Below are positions 55,718 through 64,000 of a DNA stretch of 64,000 nt, piece by piece. Both the position numbers and the translations under genes were made by a program. The notes beneath the pieces were generated by a model. It searched no databases. It was not told where the DNA came from and was given only the letters and a program-made list of their open reading frames with translations. The stretch's first letter is position 1; each line of letters begins with the position of its first letter. This DNA is from a virus (taxonomy: Duplodnaviria; Caudoviricetes), in the IMG/VR virus record IMGVR_UViG_3300012983_000036, positions 1-64,000 of that record, one strand, 5' to 3'.

Positions 55718-56032
55718 ATGAAAATTTGGGTAGATGACCAGAGACCTACACCTGAAGGTTATAAAGGTTTTGATTCTACAAATGCAGCACTTAGATTTAT
55801 AGTGTCTAATATTGAAAAAATTTCAGTACTAGACCTTGACCACGATATGGGCTACTCTTTTGGTGGGGATTGCATAGTAATTATGAATGAACTTGAACGT
55901 CTTTCAAGAAGAAATACAGCTTTTGCAGAAAGCGTAGATAAAATAAAATTTAAATTTCATTCAATGAATCCTGTAGGTGTCCAAAACATGAGAAATGTTT
56001 TGATACGAAATAACTGGACTGAGATTTTTTAA
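55718..56032 (+). CDS. Cyclic-phosphate-processing receiver-like domain protein
   Basis: MKIWVDDQRPTP...LDLDHDMG...HSMNPVG..NM; AAGGAG RBS before ATG 55718. Confidence 0.7.
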   Translation: MKIWVDDQRPTPEGYKGFDSTNAALRFIVSNIEKISVLDLDHDMGYSFGGDCIVIMNELERLSRRNTAFAESVDKIKFKFHSMNPVGVQNMRNVLIRNNWTEIF

Positions 56033-56044
56033 GGAGGTTTTTTA

Positions 56045-59000
56045 ATGGATTTAGGTGCATATTTACAAATAGATGATTTAGGTAAGATTGCTGAAGCTAA
56101 CAATATCAAAGTTCCTAGATTAAGAGGTTATCGTTTAACAAAAGACTGTGAACCATATACCCAAAAAGAAATTAAAAAGTTGTTAGAAGCATGTGAAGTT
56201 CGAGCTTGCGAAGAACTTTGTAGAACAAAGCCTTTCTGGGACCCAAAAGGTGATTTAATTGTTCATAATGCAGAAACTGACAAGCTTTGTAACTATTTTC
56301 TTGTAAGCGATGAAGAAGACCCTACTACATATACTGCAGTGCGCTGGGATAAGCTTTCAGAAGACAAAAAAGCTATTCTTTTAGAACAGACTGAAGTTAG
56401 AAAAAATCAGATATTACATCAGTTTAATATGTGGAATAAATATGCAGGTAAAGAGGGTATCTTGTATATTCATGCTCGTATTGGTGGTGCAAATTGGGAA
56501 TATTTTGACGGTCCTGAATTGGCTAAGCAGTCATGGTTTTTAGAGAGGTCTGATGACTGCTTTGACAACACATATTGTGATATTTATGCAAAAATTAATA
56601 TTTAATTAGGTGAATTATTATGATTATTTGTGCAGCTTTAGAAATTCAAGTTGAGGGCTTGCCTTATACTTCAATTCTTCCTTGTTGGCGACATGGAAAG
56701 GGCTATGAAATATTAAGGGACCTTGGATATCAAGCGCAGAAAAAATATAAAGTAGTAGCTGAAGGCTTTATTAATCATAAAGGTGAGTTTCTTAATAGAA
56801 CAGAAGCTTTTAAGCACATAAAAGATTGTGGTCAATGTACAGCTACTCAAAGATATTATTGGGAAGACCATAATCAATCAGAATTGTATTCAGAAGATTT
56901 ATATTAGGAGTGAGATAGATGCCTTTTTATTTTGAATCTGATATACCTAAGCATAAAAAGAAATCTAAGGCAAAAGGACAGCCTAGAGCAAATCATAAAC
57001 ATAAGTATATTGAAGTTGCTTTGCATACTACTTGGCAGGGACCTTATATAAGAAAGCATACTACAGTATCAAAAGCCAAAGTTTGTGAGATTTGTGGTCG
57101 AGTAAAAGAAAATGATTGGTTCGGAGTAAAACTGCAACGAGAAGGTCTTACTGTTGAAGAGCTTATTAAAAACTATCCAAGTTGGTATTTAAATGACCTT
57201 ATGGATAAATTTGCATATAAAAAAGAGGAGAGCTAATTATGACTTTATTTAAAGCATTTTTGATTATTGCAATAACACTATTAGTGCTATTTATGACTCT
57301 TTGGGAATTTTCTAGAGCTTCAAAAGCTAAACCGGATCTTACTCCTAGATATTTTTATAAAGAAAAAAATTTTAATTGGCCAGGTGCTTGGATTACTTTT
57401 ATAGCTTTAAGTATTATTAGTCCTTTTTGCTTCTTAATTAAAAGTTGTGAAGCTATTTATTGTTTTATTATTTGGTTATTTACCTTAGGCAGAGAGCCGA
57501 AAGATGAATCAAGGGAGCCTTAATATGAGTTTAAAAAAGAAAAAATGTGTAGCATATATGACTTGTCAGAATGGTAATGAAGGTTGTTATACACGTGAGC
57601 CTGAAAAGTGTGTTAGATTTTTGCCGGTAAAGGGTACTAATTTAACTAAGTTATCTTATGTTATTGAAACTCCTCCTCATATTGATTGGGAAGCTTGTTC
57701 AGATATGTTTGGTAACTGGGTTGACAGCTTAGGCTGGAAAATGTGTGGTTACTCAGAAAAAGTAGAAAATGAAGAATAATAATTTTTCTAGAGTCACAGT
57801 AAAAGAATGCTCATACTGTGACTATCTTACTTGTCGTAAAAATAAAAAATGTAAGTGGTATAAGCACTATATAAAATCTATAGGAAATACTAAAAGGAAA
57901 AGGTGGACAAAGAATTATGTCGAGTACTGATTTTTCAAAAATAAAAGATTTTTATAATATTGTGCCTGTTTCAGACGGTTTTCATTATTTGTGTAAAGAT
58001 GCTGACGGTAATTATTTTAAACATCATAAAGCCGAAGAAGAAGTTAGAGAACACTTAATTTTTAAAACATCAGAGGCAGCCCAGGATTATATAAATAGAT
58101 ATTTAGATCCTATTGAATATAAACCTGAGATTTTTGGTTATCGAGTTGATTATTTGATTGCCGAAGTGCTTGATTGAGGAGGAAAACTATGAAAGACTTT
58201 TCAGTAGAGTTTTCTACTATCTCGCCAAAACCTGGAGATGTAATAATAGCTAAGTATAAAAATATTAGAGAAGCGAAAGCTGAAAATTTACAACATCAAT
58301 ATAATTGTTTTAGGAAGGCTTTTCCTAATAATACTCTTTTATTTCTGCCTGATTTTATTGAATTAGAAAAAGGTAGCAAAGAATCTTTAATTAATATTGT
58401 AAAAAGAATTAATAGTATTATTGCTGATATGGACAACTATGAAGACGAGGTGGATTAATGGAACGTATTCAAAAAACTTGTAATTCTTGTGGTGGCGTAG
58501 GTCATATAACTTATTACAAAGTTACTTCAGAAGATCCCGATAGTGATAGAGGAATTGCACAAGAGGTTGTAGAAGAATGTTCAGTTTGTGGTGGTAAGGG
58601 TTGGAAAGAATATGCACTTTTTACTATTGAAGAAGCCGAAGCTTTAATAAGATTAGTATTAAAAGATTAATTAGAGGAGTATATATTAGTTATGATGTTT
58701 ACAAGTAATCAAGTTTTGGAACTTAGCGGTTCTTTAGATCAAGTACAGGCAGCCATTGAATTTGCTTTTAATTATTCAGGGTATCAAAAAAGTTTTACTC
58801 GGAAGGACTCACCAGCAAAGTGCACTTATCAAATAACAGATGATGGTCGTTATTGTTTAGGCTGGTCTTATGGGTCCCTTGAAGAAGGCTGGAATGAATT
58901 TCCTTTTGATTTTGATGTAGGTATTATTGCTCTCATAGTTAAACAACATTTAGAAAAGCAAAAGATTTCTTATACTGACTACGATGGTAGCCATGCGAAA

Positions 59001-61615
59001 GGTTTTTTAATGAGAGTTATAGAAGATTCTTTTAGTCTCGAAAAACCTAATATAAAAAGTCCTTTTTGGGGAATTGTTGAGTTTAGTCCATTTACATGCT
59101 TTTATGCAAAATAATTAAAATAGGAGGATCTAATGTTTAAAACTAATGAATCCTGTGATTTTGAACTTTGTACTTATTATAAAACAAATAAATGTGTAGC
59201 ACCTGAGAGTGTTAAACAATCTTGCAAATATTGCAATAGAATGAAAATGGTTTTATATTATATAAATTCAGCTACTAACAGTTTAAACTCTTTACAAGCG
59301 TTATTCAAAGACTAGGAGGTAAGCTTTAATGAGAACACCTGAAGAAGTCATTAAACTTTTAAGGTCTTATGAAGATATTTTTTGTGGTAAATATTTAATG
59401 TTAGAGGCTGCGGATATTATTGAAAAGCTACTAGCCGAAAATCAAATTTTAAAAAGTAAAGAATAGTGGAGATGATTATGAGCTGTCAATTTTATAGTTC
59501 TGATAAAACATGTTTAAAATGTATGAATGCAACTACTAAATGTTCCTGCGAGGGCAAAGAGATTAAATGTAGTTTTTTTCCCAAAATAAGATTGGATGCT
59601 GAAAGCCAAGAGCCTCTATTGATTGAAACACATATTAAAAATCCAATACTATCTGAGCTTGTTCAGGAGTTAAAAGCTAAATATGGCTGTATTATTAGTA
59701 ATGATGGTTATATGATAACCACTAAAAATAAAAATACTTGGTTTTCTCCTAAAGCTATTATATCGCTAATTTGTGAGTTAGATAATCACTTAGATGAACT
59801 TGATTCCGAACGAGAGCTTCTTGATGCCAAATGTAGTATTCAGTCATATAAAAATAAGTATAAAAGTGCATTTGACCAGGTAAAAAGTCTACAGCAGGTA
59901 ATAGAAGATAAGGATATTGAGATCTTAAAGTTAAAAGAAGAATGTAATAGACTTTCTCTTTTAAATAATATTGTCGACTCTGAAAAAGATGCTTGTGTAG
60001 CATTTGCTCAATTGGCTTTAGGGAAAGCTAAGTTAGAGGGAATGCGAGAGCTAGTAGAACAAATTACAACAAAAGCTGACTTAGTACGAGTAAATGCTTT
60101 TGATAGTAAGTGGGCTATTAGTGATGCAGAACTTGACGGTTTTATTAAAGACCTTGCACAAGAAGTCTATAATAGTTAATCAATAAATATTACTGAAATA
60201 AATTAAAAGGATATGACAAATATGTTAGATATTAAAAAACTTGATGATATAGATATTTATGTTTCTAATGAAGCCACTAAGATGCAGAATTTGAAGCAAA
60301 CTGAGTTAAATGCCTACATGAAAGGCTTCAGAGAAGGTGCTGAGATGATGTATAAAAATATTAGAGCAGCACTTTTAAATAAAGCTGAAAAATGATTTAA
60401 TTAGGAGTAATTTTAAAATGTCTTTTAATTATGATAAGTTATCTGAACGTCAAAAAAATTTTTATAAAATATATAATGAGTTTCCATTTTTACTACCACG
60501 AGATTCTAAAGGTAATATACGAACTGACTTTGATTGTACAAATCTCCAGTTAGAAATTCCTCCAGGTTGGTATAAATTGTTTTTGCAGATGTGTCATGAT
60601 ATTAAACTTATTTTAGTTGAAGAAAATTTATTAGATAAATTTTACTTTTTACAGGTAAAAGAAAAATTTAATAAGCTTTGTTGTTATACTCAAAATTCTT
60701 CTGTAAAAATAGATCAAATAATAAGTAAATATGAACATATGGCTCAATATGTTTGTGTTGTATGTGGGCGTCCAGCTACATATGAAACTCATAGCTATAT
60801 TGCTTCTTTTTGTGATTATTGTTGGAAAGATCGAGTTAGACATGATATAGGTGAATGGATTACTTTTAAACCTTATTTCATTATTAACTCTGAAACCGAG
60901 GGAGTACACTGTGATGAAAAACATATCTCTTTCCAAGACGAGTGGAATCGTTATTTAAGTAAGGAGACCTTACTATGACACAGTTTGAAAACTTTATGTC
61001 TTTAAATATTGATCAGCTAACTGATTGGCTTGCACGATATAGTAATTTTGATGATTCACCTTGGATGCAATGGTGGGATAGCACGTATTGTAAAAATTGT
61101 GAAAGTCTAGAGGTTGCTTATGAAGATTTAGGTATGCAGAGTTATTTTGGAAGCCAACGAAAAGCTAAATGTGCTTATTGTGAAGTTCACCAAAACTGCA
61201 AATATTTTCCAAATCTATTAGACATTCCAGATGATAAAGAAATTATTAAAATGTGGTTAAATACTCAATATTTAGACAGGAGGTGATTTTAATGGTTTGT
61301 ATGCGTTGTGGAGCTTCCATGAGTGGTACTACAGGGGGACATTATATTTGTTCTAAATGTGGATTTAGCATTAATGATTTAGTCTATAGACCTTCTACTT
61401 GTGAAATGCCTGTGCCTCAAGCCTTTGGAATAGATAAAGGTTGGATATGCCCCGTATGTGGTCGTGGATTAGCTCCCTGGGTTAGCACTTGTCCTTGTAA
61501 GAATAGTGATTTAACAATTACTTACAGTACAAAGTTAACAAGTAAAGATATTAGTCAAGATTCAAATATCAGAAATCATAACTATTTTAGTTTAGTTAAT
61601 GATCGAGAGGAGTGA
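56045..61615 (+). other. Hypothetical ORF cluster
   Basis: Includes 56620 (EGF..GEFLNR.EA...LYSEDLY family), 57239 (membrane), 58458 (CxxCxGxG Zn finger), 60418 (QVKEKF...CxxCG family). Confidence 0.65.
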
Positions 61616-61621
61616 GCTACA

Positions 61622-61927
61622 ATTAGCGGTGGACATTTTAATTATCAAGACCAATCATTAAAAAATGAAATTTTTGACTATTCAAGTGCTCCTATTAATG
61701 TTTTCAATGACCTTGAGATTAGCGAGCTTGTTTGGGATGTTTTTGAACTAATTCATTATTTTGATTGGTATAAGTCTGGTGACACCTCTGAGACTACTTA
61801 TAATGAAAAACAAAAGTTATTTAAAGACAAATGGTTAAAAGCCTCTAGGGTAGACCGAACCAAAGCTATTATTGATAAGGCTTTAGAACGAACTAAAGCC
61901 GACCTGTATAAAACTTTTTTAGATTAA
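61622..61927 (+). CDS. Unannotated 101-codon ORF starting at ATT (ISGGHFNY...), or start-mutated gene
   Basis: Open frame filling the whole gap before a terminator; GAGGAG upstream; no 5' ATG. Confidence 0.55.
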   Translation: MSGGHFNYQDQSLKNEIFDYSSAPINVFNDLEISELVWDVFELIHYFDWYKSGDTSETTYNEKQKLFKDKWLKASRVDRTKAIIDKALERTKADLYKTFLD

Positions 61928-62057
61928 ACATTAAATAAAAGCTAGAAATTAACTATTTTTAGGTAATTTCTAGCTTTTATCTTTTTAAGTGCAAGAATTA
62001 TAAGAAATAAAATGTATAATAAATAGTAGTATAAATTTATTTTGGAGTTGATTTAAA

Positions 62058-62874
62058 GTGAATAATGAAGAGCGTATTATAAGACTTAGAACATCTAGAG
62101 ATAATTTAATTTTACTATCTGAGGACTTAATTTCGCGAGCAAATAAAAACTTTAAGGAGTCTTCTGCTATAAATGCTCCAGATTTAGATTTTATTTCTTC
62201 AGTAGTAGGGGCTATTCGAGAACTAACTGAGATAATTAACTCAGAAACGAGGTCGAAAGTATGATAAAAGATTTTATTAACCAGTTACAACAATTAGTTA
62301 AGCATTCTATTGAGCTTGCAATAGAAAAACGTTGGTTAAAGCTTATTGATAAAGAATGTAATAAGTATAACAAGCTTTCTAAAGAACTGGAGGCACAAAA
62401 TATTTTAGTCAATCTTTTAATAGACCAATATAAATTAATATATAAGAAAGATTTGAGGAATCCTAAATGAGTAATATATCTAGATATTCTGAATTATTGA
62501 AATTAGTGCAAGAAAACCCTACCTTACCTGTAGTTCCTTTGGTTGATAGTGAAATTGTTTTTGATGATGGTTATTGTCGTTGGCTAGGGCAGTTCGGAGA
62601 TAGCTATTCTGGAGAATATACAGCTTATAAAGACCGATATTATACAGATCGAGATAGCTTCAAAGAACGTTATTATGATGATAACTGTGATGAGCTTTGT
62701 GAAAAATTTAATTATTCACCTTGTATTTGCTTGGAAAATGCCTTTAACACTTATACAGCTGAGCAGATTGAACTAAATAAGAAAAATGAACAGAAACTTG
62801 AAGCTTATTTAGATAAGGTAGCAGAAGAATATTTTATTAAAGCTATTATAGTCAATATAGACTGTCTTTCTTAA
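62058..62874 (+). other. Three hypothetical ORFs (62058, 62261, 62467)
   Basis: Coupled ORFs after ATGTATAATA motif. Confidence 0.6.
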
Positions 62875-62884
62875 GGAGTTTAAT

Positions 62885-63703
62885 ATGGGAAAAATTTTTT
62901 ATATTAGTGATTTACATATTAGTCATAAAAATTGTATCAGTTTTGACAATAGACCTTTCACGTCAATTAAAGATATGGATGAAGCCATTATTAAAAATTG
63001 GAATAACACTGTTACAGATGAGGACACTGTATATATTTTGGGGGATATGTTTTGGTGTAATACACAGAAAGCTATCGAAATACTTAAAAGCTTAAAAGGC
63101 ACTAAAATACTGATAAAAGGAAATCATGATGATTGTCGTGATGCTGAATTTCGTAGCTATTTTAAGTACATAAAAGATATGGATGAGGTCTATGATAATG
63201 GACGAAAAGTAATTTTGTGTCACTATCCGATTCCTTGTTTTAAAAATCATTTTTATGGCTGGTTCCATCTATGTGGACATACTCATATCAGTTTTGAACA
63301 TAATATGATGGAAAATGATAAATTTGAAATAAAGGCTTTATATGATAGACCTTGTAATATGTATAATGTAGGTTGTATGCACCCTTGGATGAACTATACA
63401 CCTAGAACGCTCAGTGAGATTATTTCAGGTTACGAACAATATTTAGCTAGCACAAAATCAGAGGAGCAAGTTGAAGCAGGCGGTTTACGCCCTTGCCCTT
63501 ATTGTGGTGGCTCTGATATTAGGTATTCTATAAAATCAACAACTTTACAATTTAAAAAAGCATATCATGCATCGATGTACTGTTGGGACTGTAATTCATA
63601 TGGTCCAAGAGTTTTATATAAGAGCGATGAGCATAGATATGACGTAGAACATAATGAAAATCTTAGAAAACAAGCAGAAAGCTTATGGAATAGGAGAGAC
63701 TAA
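62885..63703 (+). CDS. Calcineurin-like metallophosphoesterase fused to Lar-like Zn ribbon
   Basis: SDLH, LGD, KGNHD, HYP, GHTH, NVG; C-terminal LRPCPYCG...CWDC...WNRR. Confidence 0.85.
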   Translation: MGKIFYISDLHISHKNCISFDNRPFTSIKDMDEAIIKNWNNTVTDEDTVYILGDMFWCNTQKAIEILKSLKGTKILIKGNHDDCRDAEFRSYFKYIKDMDEVYDNGRKVILCHYPIPCFKNHFYGWFHLCGHTHISFEHNMMENDKFEIKALYDRPCNMYNVGCMHPWMNYTPRTLSEIISGYEQYLASTKSEEQVEAGGLRPCPYCGGSDIRYSIKSTTLQFKKAYHASMYCWDCNSYGPRVLYKSDEHRYDVEHNENLRKQAESLWNRRD

Positions 63704-63704
63704 T

Positions 63705-64000
63705 ATGAGTGAACAAGAAAAAATCTTTTTATATGCGGCCCGAGATACGGTTACTGGCAAGCTAGTTTCAGATATTACAAATCCCAGAAGAAAGTATTGG
63801 GATAAAAAAGGTAATGCTGAGAACGCTATTAATTATTATAATAAATCTGCTGTTGGCTTAGACCCTAATTTAATTTTCAATAGGAATAAGGGTAAACATA
63901 ATCTGCTTGAATTAGTTACTTTTGAATTAGTAGAGATTAATAAAATAGAAAATGATACAAAAAGTATAGAAACCCTAGAAATAAAAAATCAGTTTCCAGT
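63705..64000 (+). CDS. Hypothetical protein (truncated by window edge)
   Basis: AGGAG RBS, ATG 63705, frame open to the end. Confidence 0.6.
   Translation, partial: MSEQEKIFLYAARDTVTGKLVSDITNPRRKYWDKKGNAENAINYYNKSAVGLDPNLIFNRNKGKHNLLELVTFELVEINKIENDTKSIETLEIKNQFP

Noticed and set aside
1461-60936. All - strand ORFs in the track and short + strand ORFs nested in other frames
   Set aside because: They are shadows of longer + strand genes with RBSs and motifs; no RBS or promoter support
1-64000. Stop-codon reassignment as in some large gut phages
   Set aside because: Long genes are intact under the standard code, and TAA, TAG and TGA all end genes directly before new RBSs; only the 61613 TGA is ambiguous
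1-64000. tRNA or rRNA genes, integrase, transposase, reverse transcriptase/DGR
   Set aside because: No cloverleaf or T-loop signature in intergenic gaps and no matching protein motifs recognised; tRNAscan not run

Overview
AT-rich, gene-dense segment of a large lytic dsDNA phage. Essentially all credible genes are on the + strand, with GGAGG-type RBSs and the standard genetic code. Class III NrdD/NrdG and strong SD sequences suggest an anaerobic Firmicutes (Clostridia-like) host. Recognisable genes: SNF2-type helicase, nrdD/nrdG, peptide deformylase, a sigma-factor-like protein, a wHTH replication-initiator-like protein, ATP-dependent DNA ligase, two DNA methyltransferases, HNH nucleases, a class II aldolase-like protein, Rnl1-type RNA ligase, dCMP deaminase, Thg1, YopX and a metallophosphoesterase, among >100 small hypothetical ORFs, many with Zn ribbons. 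Three promoter classes can be read from the sequence: (i) TTTACA-N17-TATAAT, clustered at 14-24 kb; (ii) YGTATWATA, sometimes inside a hairpin loop; (iii) GCTAAATTA, mostly before proteins sharing an N-terminal leader with L/I-x-E sites. The most unusual signal is three non-coding, promoter-driven, structured transcripts (about 10.4, 25.5 and 25.7 kb). They display multiple anti-Shine-Dalgarno (CCTCC, 16S 3'-tail-like) motifs, and some are exact antisense images of an RBS plus ATG: a candidate phage sRNA system for translational silencing or a decoy. All calls are by eye; no database searches were run.
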